Part shown: piece by piece, positions 40,630 to 51,259 of the stretch | Layout: the number at the start of each line of letters is the position of its first letter | How positions within the stretch are numbered: position 1 is the stretch's first letter | Source: an uncultured delta proteobacterium | GTDB lineage: Bacteria; Myxococcota_A; Polyangia; Polyangiales; Polyangiaceae | Assembly: GCA_963716725.1 (NCBI GenBank) | Contig: CAVQUB010000005.1 | Coordinates: 672,001-736,000, forward strand | DNA length: 64,000 nt | Direction of reading: 5' to 3' | The notes under the pieces: model-generated | What the model saw: the letters and a program-made list of their open reading frames with translations, nothing else | Database searches by the model: none | Told to the model about the DNA's origin: nothing | Translations under genes and position numbers: made by a program

Positions 40630-43600
40630 ATGCTTGGCTTTCAATTCGCGCGCCGTGTCTCGGTCCTCACGCTCTTCGTCTTGGTCGTCGGCTGCGGAGG
40701 GAATCCGGAGGTCGCGAGCACTGACACCGGAGGCACGGGCGGATCGACGGGTGGCGCGGGAGGTGCCGGCGGCAACGGCGGCTCCGGCGGAGGTATCGTT
40801 CTCGACGCGGGGCCGGACGCCGACGATGGCAGCGCCGGCGACGCCTGCATCGATTGCGACGCCGCCCCCATCTGCGGCGATGGCGTGATCGAGTCGCCGG
40901 AGCTGTGTGACGACGGCAACGCCACGCCCGGCGACGGATGCTCCGGCATCTGCGCGATCGAACCCGGGTACAGTTGCCCCACGGCCGGCCAGCTCTGCAT
41001 TCCCGTCCAGGCCGTGTGTGGCGACGGGAAGATCAGCGGCGCCGAAGCCTGCGACGACGGCAACGCAACAGCGGGCGACGGCTGCAGTGGCACCTGCGAC
41101 GTGGAACAAGGCTATGCGTGCCAGACGCCCGGGCAGCCCTGCACCCCGGTGCAGACGGCCAAATGCGGCGACGGCGCCGTGAACTCCGGCGAGCAGTGCG
41201 ACGACGGGAACACGACACCGAACGACGGTTGCGATGGGAGCTGCAAGCTCGAGCAGGGCTACATCTGTCCGACGCCGAACCAAGCCTGCGTGAAGAACGA
41301 GTACTGCGGCGACTCGATCGTTCAGCCGAGCAAGGGCGAGACCTGCGACGACGGCAACGGCACGCCCGGCGACGGTTGCTCGGGGATCTGCGCTCTCGAA
41401 CCCGGCCACGTTTGTCCGAACCCCGGCAAGCCCTGCGTGTCGATCTGGGTCTGCGGCAACGGCAAGGTCGATCCGGGAGAGACCTGCGACGACGGCAACA
41501 CGAGCCCGAGCGACGGCTGCGCGGCCGATTGTACGCAAGTCGAACCGGGCTATACCTGCCCCGCCACGGGCGGCCCCTGCATCAAGGTGCCGCCGAATAC
41601 TTGTGGGGACGGCATCGTCGCCGGCCTCGAGCAGTGCGACGACGGCAACACCGCTTCGAGCGACGGCTGCTCGGCCACCTGCCTGGCGGAGCCCGGCTTC
41701 AACTGCCCGACGCCGGGCAAGCTCTGCGTGCCAATCGCGGTCTGCGGCAACGGCAAGCTCGAAGCCGGTGAGGGCTGCGACGATGGCAACACGCTGCCGG
41801 GTGATGGTTGCGGCGTCGCTTGCCAGATCGAGCCGCTCTACGTCTGTCCGACGCCGGGTCAGCTCTGCGTGTCCACGGTGAAGTGCGGCGACTCGGTGGT
41901 GGCGGGCAGCGAGCAGTGCGACGACGGAAACACCACGAGCCTGGACGGCTGCGGCTCGACCTGCAAGCTCGAACCCGGCTGGATCTGTCCAAATGCGGGC
42001 GCCAAGTGCGTCGCCAAGCAATGCGGTGACGGCATCATCGCCGGGCTGGAGCAATGCGACGACAACAACACCGCGGCGAGCGACGGGTGCAGCCCGACCT
42101 GCAAGCTCGAGCAGGGCTGGGCATGCCTGACCGTCGGCACCAAGAGCGTGTGCCATGCGACGACCTGCGGCGACGCGGTCAAGGAGGGCTTCGAGCAGTG
42201 CGACGACGGCGGCAAGATCCCCTATGACGGCTGCTCCCCCTACTGCAAGGTCGAGCCCGCCTGCGCCAACGGGCAGTGCACCCCGGTCTGCGGCGATGGC
42301 CTGAAGTTCCCCCAAGAGGCCTGCGACGACGGCAACAAGTCGAATGGCGACGGCTGCAGCGCCAGCTGCCAGATCGAGAGCGGCTGGACCTGCAACGTCG
42401 AGATCGAAGCGCCGCCTCCGAAGCTCGATATTCCGATCCTCTACCGTGACTTCTTGTACCGAGGCACCTCGAGTCCCGGCGCCGGACATCCCGATTTTCA
42501 GTGGAACATCGCGGCGGCAACCGGCCTGGTGAAGGCCGCGCTCGGCGTCGATGGCAAACCGGTCTTCAATTCATCGACCGGCAGCGGCTCGACCCAGCTG
42601 ATCACGGACGCGACCTCGCTCTGCTGGTGGTACCACGACACCGGCTGCTCCGGAGCCGGCTCGACCAACCCGTATTCCAAGCTGGTGTACACCACCAACG
42701 GGCTGCCCAACGGTCCACCGACGCTGCTCACCCTGAACCAGGGCACCGGCAACACCTATCAATTCAGCAGCACCGCGTTCTTCCCGGTCGACGGCTTGGG
42801 TTGGGGCAACGCGCAGACCTACAACAACCACAACTTCGCCTTCACCAGCGAGCTCCGCTATCAGTTCACTTACCAGGGCGGCTCGACCCCCGAGGTATTC
42901 GACTTCACGGGCGACGACGACGTGTACGTCTTCATCAACGGCAAGCTCGCCGTCGAGCTCGGCGGAGTGCACGGCGCGACCAACGGTAGCGTCACGCTGA
43001 ACGCAGCCCAGGCGACGGCGCTCGGCCTGACGGTTGGCGGCATGTACGAGATCGCGGTCTTCCAAGCGGAACGTCACACCACTCAGTCGAACTACAAGCT
43101 GACCCTGAGCAACTTCGTGCACGCCAAATCCGTGTGCAAGACCTTCTGCGGCGATGGCATCGTCGCGGGCATCGAGGTGTGCGACGACGGGACCGCCAAC
43201 AACACCGGCGGCTACGGCAAGTGCAAGCCCGACTGTTCACGGGGCCCCTTCTGCGGCGACGCGGCGGTGCAAAACCCGCCCGAGACCTGCGACGACGGTT
43301 CGAACGCGGTCACCTACGGCGGCAGCAGCAAGCAGTGCGGTCCGGGCTGCGGCTTCGCGGCGTATTGCGGCGACGCGGTGGTCTCGAATGGCGAGCAGTG
43401 CGACGATGGCACCGCCAACAACACCGGCGCCTACAACAAATGCGGCCCCGGCTGCACACTGGGACCGCGCTGCGGCGACGGCGCGCTCCAGGCCGGCAAC
43501 GGCGAGCAGTGCGACGAAGGCGCAAACAATGGCGCGACGAGCAGCAAGTGCACCAGTGCCTGCCAGCTCAAGTGCGGCAACGGCGTCGCCGATCCGGGCG

Positions 43601-44409
43601 AAGAGTGCGACAACGGTGCGGCCAACAACACCGGTGGCTACGGCAAGTGCAACCCGGACTGCAGCTCTGGGCCGCGCTGCGGCGACGGTGTCAAGAACGG
43701 CGCGGAGCAGTGCGACGACGGCAAGAACGACGGCAGCTACGGCGGTTGCAACCCCGGCTGCACGCTGGCCAACTACTGTGGCGACGGCCAGCTGACCAAC
43801 CCACCCGAGACCTGCGACCAAGGCGCCGCCAACAGCGCCACCGCCTACGGCAAGTCCCTCTGCACCAACGCCTGCAAGCCGTCGCCCTACTGCGGCGACA
43901 AGGCCGTCGACGCGGTCTTCGGCGAGACCTGCGACGACGGGGTGAACAGCGGCCAGGCGGGCTCGTGCACCACCGACTGCAAGGGCTTCGTGCCGCTGGT
44001 CAGCTGCGGCGATGGCGTGGTGCAAGCTCCCGAGCAATGCGACAAGGGCGCCCAGAACGGAACGCCCGCGAGCAACTGCGACACCCACTGCCACATCCGC
44101 TGCGGCAACGGCGTCAAAGAGAGCGGTGAGCAGTGCGACAACGGAGTCAACGACGGCAGCTACGGCACCTGCAACCCGGACTGCTCCCTGCCCGGGTATT
44201 GCGGTGACGGCATCAAGAACGGGACCGAAAAGTGCGACAACGGCGGTGCAAACGCCCCGGTAGGTTCGGCCTACGGCAGCGGAACCTGCACCCTGATCTG
44301 CCAGTGGGCCCCCTACTGTGGTGATGGCTACGTGCAGGCCGGCTTCGGAGAGCAGTGCGATGGCCAGGCCGGTTGCGGCCCGACCTGCAAGTGGACCAAC
44401 CCCAAGTGA
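40630..44409 (+). CDS. Large lipoprotein with many Myxococcus Cys-rich (DUF4215) repeats and a fibro-slime (PA14-like) domain
   Basis: VVGC lipobox; repeated CGDG...E.CDDGN...DGCS..C; YRDF, HPDF, FFPVD, HNFAFTSE, FTGDDDVYVFING, FQAERH. Confidence 0.93.
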   Translation: MLGFQFARRVSVLTLFVLVVGCGGNPEVASTDTGGTGGSTGGAGGAGGNGGSGGGIVLDAGPDADDGSAGDACIDCDAAPICGDGVIESPELCDDGNATPGDGCSGICAIEPGYSCPTAGQLCIPVQAVCGDGKISGAEACDDGNATAGDGCSGTCDVEQGYACQTPGQPCTPVQTAKCGDGAVNSGEQCDDGNTTPNDGCDGSCKLEQGYICPTPNQACVKNEYCGDSIVQPSKGETCDDGNGTPGDGCSGICALEPGHVCPNPGKPCVSIWVCGNGKVDPGETCDDGNTSPSDGCAADCTQVEPGYTCPATGGPCIKVPPNTCGDGIVAGLEQCDDGNTASSDGCSATCLAEPGFNCPTPGKLCVPIAVCGNGKLEAGEGCDDGNTLPGDGCGVACQIEPLYVCPTPGQLCVSTVKCGDSVVAGSEQCDDGNTTSLDGCGSTCKLEPGWICPNAGAKCVAKQCGDGIIAGLEQCDDNNTAASDGCSPTCKLEQGWACLTVGTKSVCHATTCGDAVKEGFEQCDDGGKIPYDGCSPYCKVEPACANGQCTPVCGDGLKFPQEACDDGNKSNGDGCSASCQIESGWTCNVEIEAPPPKLDIPILYRDFLYRGTSSPGAGHPDFQWNIAAATGLVKAALGVDGKPVFNSSTGSGSTQLITDATSLCWWYHDTGCSGAGSTNPYSKLVYTTNGLPNGPPTLLTLNQGTGNTYQFSSTAFFPVDGLGWGNAQTYNNHNFAFTSELRYQFTYQGGSTPEVFDFTGDDDVYVFINGKLAVELGGVHGATNGSVTLNAAQATALGLTVGGMYEIAVFQAERHTTQSNYKLTLSNFVHAKSVCKTFCGDGIVAGIEVCDDGTANNTGGYGKCKPDCSRGPFCGDAAVQNPPETCDDGSNAVTYGGSSKQCGPGCGFAAYCGDAVVSNGEQCDDGTANNTGAYNKCGPGCTLGPRCGDGALQAGNGEQCDEGANNGATSSKCTSACQLKCGNGVADPGEECDNGAANNTGGYGKCNPDCSSGPRCGDGVKNGAEQCDDGKNDGSYGGCNPGCTLANYCGDGQLTNPPETCDQGAANSATAYGKSLCTNACKPSPYCGDKAVDAVFGETCDDGVNSGQAGSCTTDCKGFVPLVSCGDGVVQAPEQCDKGAQNGTPASNCDTHCHIRCGNGVKESGEQCDNGVNDGSYGTCNPDCSLPGYCGDGIKNGTEKCDNGGANAPVGSAYGSGTCTLICQWAPYCGDGYVQAGFGEQCDGQAGCGPTCKWTNPK

Positions 44410-44424
44410 CGCCCCTCGGCATGC

Positions 44425-44523
44425 ACCACGGCCATCGACCTCGAACCGCTCTCGTTGCTCTGTCGACTCGCGGCATCGGTGCCACCGCCGCGCACGCATC
44501 GGGTTCATTACGCTGGGGTGGTC
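44425..44523 (+). pseudogene. C-terminal fragment of an IS91-family transposase
   Basis: Translates TTAIDLEPLSLLCRLAASVPPPRTHRVHYAGVV (not in the ORF track). Confidence 0.7.
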
Positions 44524-44601
44524 ACCGACGCCGAGGAGACCGACGCGCCCCGTGACGCTCCTTGAAAGTCCCCGACGGGCCGACGGGGGATCCCCGGAGG
44601 G

Positions 44602-44881
44602 CTCATGATTGATCGGATCCCATCTGGGACCGGGCGGCTCGGAAGCCAATCTCGTAGTCGAGGAGCTTCTGGTAGCCCCGTCCTAACGTTTGCCACCCGG
44701 GTGCGCCGTTGTTCTTAAGATGCTCGCCGAGTCGCGCGACAGCGAACGGCGCTTGCTCAATGGTCTGCGGGACGGCCGGGAGGCGGAGCTTGAACCCCAC
44801 GAGGAGCAACTGGGGCTCACTCAGGATCGTTTTCGCCGGTTGCTCGGGTGCGCCCGGGCTAACGAGCGCATGAGCAACAGG
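44602..44881 (-). mobile_element. Truncated 3' end of the same IS4-family element as 4888-6354
   Basis: Near-identical to reverse complement of about 6074-6354, including the 19-bp end CTCATGATTGATCGGATCC at 44602-44620. Confidence 0.92.
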
Positions 44882-44884
44882 GTG

Positions 44885-45445
44885 TCACTTGGGCGGAGGG
44901 AGCGACTGCCACCAGGGCCGGCAGCAGTACTCGCCGCCGTCGAGGTGGCTGCAGCCGGGCGACTCCGGCGGCTTGTATCCCAGCTCGGGATCGAAGTGGC
45001 TGCTACAGTAGTAGCGGTCCGGCTGCTCGTCCGGACACGCGCCCTGCGCGAGGGAAGGGAACCGCTCGCACTCGCTCATCGCCTCGGCGGTCTCGATGGC
45101 GGCCTGGTCGCACCCTTTGACGCTCGGAAGCTCGCCAAAACCGCAGTCGATCTGCTTGCTGAGAATGCAGAGGTAGAGCGAGCGATACTCGGGCGGGTTG
45201 CTGAGGACGAACTCCTCGCAGCTATCGGCGTCGCAGTTGGGTTGTGCGACGTAGTCGACTGCTGCGTGAAAGTCCCCAAGCGTGGCGCACCCCCCCGACT
45301 TGAAGTCCGCGCAGAAGCGGGCGCAGAGCTCGTGGAGGGAAGCGGGATCCGATTGCGTCTCGCCGGAGCATGCGGCAAGCGCCACCCCGAGGGCCAGCCC
45401 CGCAGCGCCGAGCGGGCGCGTGTGTCTAGCTGCCACCGGCGCCAC
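44885..45445 (-). CDS. Cys-rich hypothetical lipoprotein
   Basis: LAAC lipobox, multiple Cys; stop abuts the IS remnant. Confidence 0.65.
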   Translation of the reverse strand: MAPVAARHTRPLGAAGLALGVALAACSGETQSDPASLHELCARFCADFKSGGCATLGDFHAAVDYVAQPNCDADSCEEFVLSNPPEYRSLYLCILSKQIDCGFGELPSVKGCDQAAIETAEAMSECERFPSLAQGACPDEQPDRYYCSSHFDPELGYKPPESPGCSHLDGGEYCCRPWWQSLPPPK

Positions 45446-45869
45446 CCATCGGCCCTTCGGAGATGTAGTTGAAAGTGAACCTCGCTTCCGTGAACGCGCA
45501 GCCGGACCTGGTCTTTGTGCGCCCAGCCTCTTTGGCGGTGTAGATCACCTTGCCGTCGGCATCGAGCGCAGCGAGCGTGACGACATCGAAGTACCCCTCG
45601 ACCGGGATGTTGAGCCGAACCGTGCCCGTGTCGCAATTCACGCTCGAGACCGCGCCCTCGACCACCTTGCACGCACGGGTGAGAGCGACGCACTGCTCGC
45701 CGAAGCAGATCCGGACGCGGTCGAAATCGACCGCGGGCTCCGCCGTGCCGTCGAACAGCCAAACCTCCAGGCGGTTCGGGCAAGGCTCCGCCGGCTGGCC
45801 GACGCCACACGCCACCAGAGCAAACGCCAGCAGGCTAGTTGGCAACCGGTGCGTTCTTCTTGGCCACAT
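45426..45869 (-). CDS. Hypothetical lipoprotein
   Basis: LVAC lipobox; overlaps both neighbours. Confidence 0.6.
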   Translation of the reverse strand: MWPRRTHRLPTSLLAFALVACGVGQPAEPCPNRLEVWLFDGTAEPAVDFDRVRICFGEQCVALTRACKVVEGAVSSVNCDTGTVRLNIPVEGYFDVVTLAALDADGKVIYTAKEAGRTKTRSGCAFTEARFTFNYISEGPMGGAGGS

Positions 45870-48546
45870 TCTGCCACCCACAGATCGGAGAGTTGACCAC
45901 CGTTGTCCACGCGGGCGCCCGGACGCCCTGCCCGATGAAGCCCATGGGGCCGGACCCGAGAGGTTTCAGCGGATCCCCGAGGTCGCTGTCCACGGCCTCG
46001 GGGTTCAGACCGCCCACCACCTCGTCCCGCGAAGGGAAACAGCCAGGCGCATCGAAGCCCGGCGCGGCCAAGCCGACCCCAAACGTGCCCGCCAGCGCCA
46101 CGAGCTCGCTCCAGAACACCGCGGCGGACTCTGCGTCCGTCGCGGCAGCGACGTTCGCGACTCGGCAGGGCGGCGAGGTCCCGTTGGGGCAAGGGAAGGC
46201 CTCGGCCAACACCGCGTCCAGCCGGTCTGGTTCGACCTCGAAGCGCGAAAACGGGAGCCGCAGCGCGCACCGAGCCGGGGTGGTGATGCGAACGTCGGAA
46301 GGGACACCGAGCAGGACGTCGCTGGCGTTCGTCGCGTCGCAGGTGGGCTCGGGGTTGACCGTTCCGACCGGCGTTCGGCAGTAATCGGGCGCGTCGAGGC
46401 ACGCTGCCACCTTGGCTTTGAGCTTCGGAGCCGCGGCCAAGGCCCCTGGCGTGACCGGCGACGTGAATTCGAGGCACGGGGCGCACGCAAGATAGGTCGC
46501 CGCGGTCTGCTGCATGGGCACGCACATGGAGTTGCGTTCGCTTCCCTTTGTAAACGGCCCGGGGGGCGGCCCGGGGTGGAACCGAGGAACGCAAACCGCC
46601 GAGGGAGGAGCGCCGGGTGCGAGCTTGCAGGACACCTGCGGTACCGGTGGCGTCGCGTACCCGATGAACGGCGGTCGGTCGATGGACGTCGCCAGGCAAC
46701 CCTCGGCACGGAGTTGGGAGATGTTGCAGTGAGTTCCGCCGTCCTGCTTGGCGAAGCAGGCCTTGCAGTGCGTCCCCCCACCCTTGGTCAGGCAGCCCTG
46801 GAAGATCTCACCGTCGTGAGCGAAGAGGCGAGCAGCCTCGCTCGGGTCACATCCGCTGATGAACGTGGCGAAGGTCCGTTCGCTCCCGTTTGGTTTTGGC
46901 ATTGGCGGACTCCAAAACGCCTTGGCGTGGGTGGCGTCGCCTCGAATTGGCCGACACTCCAGCATTTCCGGGTTGCTTTGGATCAGGTTGGTCACCGCAG
47001 CGGCGAGACGTGGACTCAGCTCCTGCAGCCGGGCCAGCACCGGCGCGATCGACGCGAGCGTGCACATGGTGTTGTCGGGTTGGCGCAGATCGGGCGCCAG
47101 GCAGGACGACGCGGGCCCCGCCGCAGCGGCGTGAAGCGGCAAGCTCACCTGGCGGTGGTCCTGCCACTCCTCGAAAAAGGTCTGGGGGAGCGGGGCTCCG
47201 ACCCCGAGTCTCAGCGCAACCACCGATGGAACGGGCATGACCAGCGCTTCATTCAGCTCCGATTCCAACTGGCGGAATTGCGACATGATGTCGCCGCGCA
47301 GCTGCTTTCCGCTGACAAACCCGCTGACCAGATCGTTCAGATTGACCGTGACGTTGCCGAGGGTGAGAAGCTTGGTGATCGAATCCGTGAGCGCGAGGAG
47401 GAGATTCGTGGCGGTGCTTCCGCTGCAGCCGGACAGGCTAACGTACGGTTTCTTGTCGTTGACCTCGAGCTTCACGCGCTCGAAGTACGGCATTGCGCTG
47501 GGCGATGCGACGAGGCTGAACCCGACCTGGCAAGTGGCGCTGAACTTGCAACTCACGTCCGAACCGAGCCAGGTCCCCGTCCCGACGCCCTTCGCGTCGA
47601 CCCGAACGTCGACTCCCTCATCGGCGGGCGTGCGGAAGGGGCTCGTGCCGGGTGCATCGGGGGAGAAGCTGGGCACATCGGAGAGCCGAGGCACCAGCAC
47701 GGTTCGAATGTCGTTGATGCGAATGGTGACGGTGTCGCCCACGCCGGGGAAGCTGTCTCCGGTCGGCACCTGGCGAGGGGCGGCGGCATCGTCGAGGGCT
47801 GTCTGAACGAACTTGCTCAGCCGCGCGCTCGCCGAGCACGCGCCGAGGTCATACTGCCGCAGATACCGAAGGTGTCAGCCTGGGGCTTGAAGAAGAAGTA
47901 GTCGCCGTACATCCCGAAGTGGGGCGGGTCGGTCGTGAACAATCCGCCGCCGAGTTCATGGCACTGGGTGACACCGACACCGCGCTTCACGGCGATCGGG
48001 TCGAACTCGCCGAGATGATCGGCTGCGTTGTCGTTCGCAAACAAGACCGAGCGCCACGAGTACTTCACGAAGGAGCCTCGCTTTCGGCTCCGGTCCCCCG
48101 AGGCCATCGCAAGCGCGTCGGCGATCGTGGGACTGATCCGACCGGATTTGTCTGTTAGATCCCACTGCCCCTTGTCGCTCTTCGTTGGCATCTCGACCGC
48201 GACGAGCAGGCCAGCCCCGTCGCCGGCCCACTTCAGGTGGTACCCGTCTTCGGCTTGCTCGAGGTATCCATCGATGGTCGGCCCGACGCCGTTGCGCCCC
48301 CGCAGGTCGATGCCGATCGTTTGCCCGAGCGGGAGCAGCCAGTTCTCGTCGATCGACGTGCGCAGCGCGAGTCTGCGAGCCGTCAGATCAGCCCCCCCCC
48401 CCCCCGGGGGAACCGCCGCAATCGCAGCCGCTGGGGGAAGTCGTTCTCCACAGCGGTGTGTAGTGGTCGCTGTATGCGGCCAGCAGCCCAGCTGCCACAA
48501 CCGTTGCCGCCGCGACACGAACGCGCCCCACTCCGTTTCGTCCCAT
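45835..48546 (-). pseudogene. Large (about 900 aa) exported Cys-rich protein interrupted by two frameshifts (G14 tract and about 47820-47875)
   Basis: MGRNGVGRVRVAAATVVAAGLLAA leader from 48546 joins ORF 47817-48400 if the tract is G13; downstream frame is open from about 47875 to 45835. Confidence 0.55.
48392..48405 (-). repeat. G14 homopolymer (C14 on plus strand)
   Basis: Read directly from the sequence. Confidence 0.9.
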
Positions 48547-48789
48547 TTCGTTCCCTCCCGGATCGAATGCCCAGACACGCTAGCACGGTCGGTCGCGCAT
48601 CGGGAGGCGGAGGGTCGAAGGCGTCGAAGGCGGGCGAGATCAACGCCTGTGCCTGGCGGAGGCCCGGGGCTCGGAGTGTTGTGACTCCGAGCCCTACTCT
48701 TTGGTGGGCGGCCCGGAGATCGTCGGCGGCCTGCCACACCGGGGCCAACTACGCCGTCAGTTCGGGCTGCTCAGAATTCCGCGGTTTCC

Positions 48790-49135
48790 GCTGGCTGCCG
48801 ACACGGTACTCGCGTGCCGCGAAAAAGCTGCTCCTGATGTAGCGGATCGCACGTTCGACGCGGCCCTTTTCGTTGCCACGCGCCACCGCCACTGGGCGCG
48901 GCTCGTAGCGATAGTGCGCGGACAGTTCTAGCAACATCGGGCTGAAGTGGACCGCGTCGCCCTTGCGCTCCAACACCGCGCTTTTCAAGTTGTCGTACAG
49001 AAGCACGCGCGGGACGCCGTTCCAGAAGTCAAACGCCGACACGTGGCCGTGCAAGAAGCTCGACATGGTTGCGTTCAGGTAGAAGCGGAGGAAAACCATC
49101 CGCGACCAACTCAGCAACCATCACAAACGCCATCA
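48790..49135 (-). pseudogene. istA: IS21-family IstA transposase core fragment
   Basis: [34 protein letters not shown]. Confidence 0.9.
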
Positions 49136-49636
49136 TCAGTTCGAAGCGTTCGAGCTTGGAGCGCTTCTTGCGTCTGGCGAGGCCGCGCACCGCGCGGTCC
49201 TTCTCCTCGATGTCCGCGATGTGCTCGAGCAGCTCGGTGGCACCCCAGCGCTTCTCGGTCGCGAGCGCGACGATGTCGGCGAGCGCGGCGGCCGTGGCGA
49301 GGAGTCCGAGGCTGCGCATGTGCGTAGCGAGGCCGGTCCTGACGGGTCCCTTTCGTTGGGGTTGTTTGTTGGCGCGCTGTCGTCGTCGATCCGCGTGGGA
49401 GTGGTGCGTCCGATGCGGTCGTAGGTGTCGAGCGAGTGGGGCGTGAGCACGAGGTCGCGCACCCGTGGATCGGCCGGCAGCACGACGTCGAGCGGCACGG
49501 GAGCGCCGCGAACGCGCCGCCGCTGGTCGAGCACGTGAGCCACCGAGTGCGCCGCGAACGCGCCGCGCTGGTGAGCCTCGTGCAGGGCGGCATCCAGCTC
49601 GACGGCGCCGTACTGATCGAGCAGGCGGAGCAGCAC
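49136..49636 (-). pseudogene. IS21-family IstA C-terminus followed by IstB N-terminal fragment
   Basis: LLRLLDQYG...PHSLDTYD, then in another frame MRSLGL...LLEHIADIEEKDRAVRGLARRKKRSKL. Confidence 0.65.
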
Positions 49637-49680
49637 TCATCACCGTCGATAACACGCTGCATTTCGGCTTCGCCCGCGTT

Positions 49681-49695
49681 TGGCACGCGGCGTGC
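49681..49695 (+). promoter_or_regulatory. Sigma-54-like -24/-12 motif upstream of the IS91-family transposase remnant
   Basis: TGGCAC-GCGGC-GTGC versus consensus TGGCAC-N5-TTGC. Confidence 0.4.
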
Positions 49696-49709
49696 GCTTG
49701 GGCGCGCTG

Positions 49710-50460
49710 ATGGCCGCCGTGCAGCCGCTCTTGGACTCGGGTTTGGACTCGGACGGTGCCGGTGTCTCGTACCGTCGGCGCCGGCCCGAGCTCAGCGCGC
49801 TCTACCAGATCATCGCCGACAACTTCCGCACGCTGGAAGCCGCGGTCGATCAAGGCATTGTCGCGCCATTGCCGTCGTTCGTGAGGGATGAACTCTTGGG
49901 CTATCTCGATTGCGGCGTCCCCGCGCGAGGCTTCGGATTTCTTCAATGCCAGAACCCGGAATGCCGCGAGAAAATTCTCGTCGCTTTTTCCTGCAAGGGC
50001 CGCGGTTGGTGCCCGTCCTGCCTGGGCAGAACGATGGCCGAGACGCCAGCAAATTGGATCGATCACGTTTTGCCGTTGCAAGCACAGCGTGCTCGGCTTC
50101 TACCGCCGCACGATGCGCGACCTTCACCTCGTGGGCAAAGGGCAGAGCGGGGCGATCACCGTCTTGCAACGCGTAGACTCTGACTCGCGACTGAACCCCC
50201 CATCTTCATCTGATCGCCTTAGATGGCGTCTTCGTCGAGAGCGAACCCGAAGGGGGACATCGTCGGGTTCCTCGAGCGTCACGGCGTGGTCGAAAGGGAC
50301 GTCGCGCTCCGTCTCACCGACGACGGCTTTGCCGAACGCGAGCCGGAGGTCGCCGCGCTCGCCGCCGCTGCCGTCACCGGCAACCCTCCCGCAGGGCCCG
50401 AACACCGGCAGCGTCCCGCCATCGCCTACGACCCGCCGGGCGCGCTCGGCCGATGCGCTG
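49710..50460 (+). pseudogene. IS91-family (HUH) transposase, N-terminal zinc-binding domain and deleted core
   Basis: YRRRRPE, YLDCG...GF...C...C, VAFSCKGRGWCPSC, then GAITVLQR...LNP-HLHLIALDGVF across frameshifts. Confidence 0.88.
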
Positions 50461-50483
50461 AGCCGGCGCCGAGCTCGCGCGGA

Positions 50484-51116
50484 TCAGTGAGCCGACGGAC
50501 TCGGGGAAACCGGCGCGGGGTCGGTGGGCGGAACAGCTACACTCGGCTGTGTCCGCGGCGCGGGCGGCGGCTGTGGGTCTGCAGTTCCGGGCGGCGCACC
50601 GGGTGGGGGAGGGCCCAATGCACCTTCGCGAGTGGAGTCCGTGTTCAGCACCCACGTGCACTGCTCCGACCACACGTCGTGGTCGTGCGGGCAACGTGAC
50701 ACGTAGGTCGCGCGCCGGCCACACCCCGCAACTCCCGTCGACAATTGATCGAGCCACGTGAGCTGGAGTTGTGCAGGACCGCATTGCAGGTCGTAGGACG
50801 CGCGACGCTTGAGCGCGTCCGCGCTCAGCGCTGAAGACGAGAACCACGAACACTTGGAGGAATTCTGCGCCACGCCCGACGGACAGCGTTCGACGTAGAT
50901 GACCTCCTTGCCGCACCCCGTTGCAATTCGATGATTCGGCAATCGCGCGATGTCCGCGTGCATTGCCTGAAGTTGCGTCTGGTGCGGTTTGCGCACCTTG
51001 ATTCCCGATTCGGGGCACCCAAGCTCGGTAGTCGCTTGGGAGCGAATCTCCGTCGCCACCGGATGGCACGCAGCCGCTGTCGCCAGTGCCCACGCGCCCC
51101 CCAAGATCAGTCGCAT
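50484..51116 (-). CDS. Hypothetical lipoprotein with two internal A..(E/D)L.C...G..GCG....YV..CP repeats
   Basis: AAAC lipobox, duplicated Cys domain, Pro-rich tail. Confidence 0.7.
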   Translation of the reverse strand: MRLILGGAWALATAAACHPVATEIRSQATTELGCPESGIKVRKPHQTQLQAMHADIARLPNHRIATGCGKEVIYVERCPSGVAQNSSKCSWFSSSALSADALKRRASYDLQCGPAQLQLTWLDQLSTGVAGCGRRATYVSRCPHDHDVWSEQCTWVLNTDSTREGALGPPPPGAPPGTADPQPPPAPRTQPSVAVPPTDPAPVSPSPSAH

Positions 51117-51259
51117 CTGGGTTCAGTACTTCGCGCGTGCTGCTGGCGCAACCCCGTGCGGCGCGCCTCGCTCGCGGTGCGCGGATCGCCCGTCAGGCCC
51201 CACGCGAGCGTGATACGTCTGGGGCCGGAGGCCGCATGGGTGGCGGCCCGTCGGCACGA

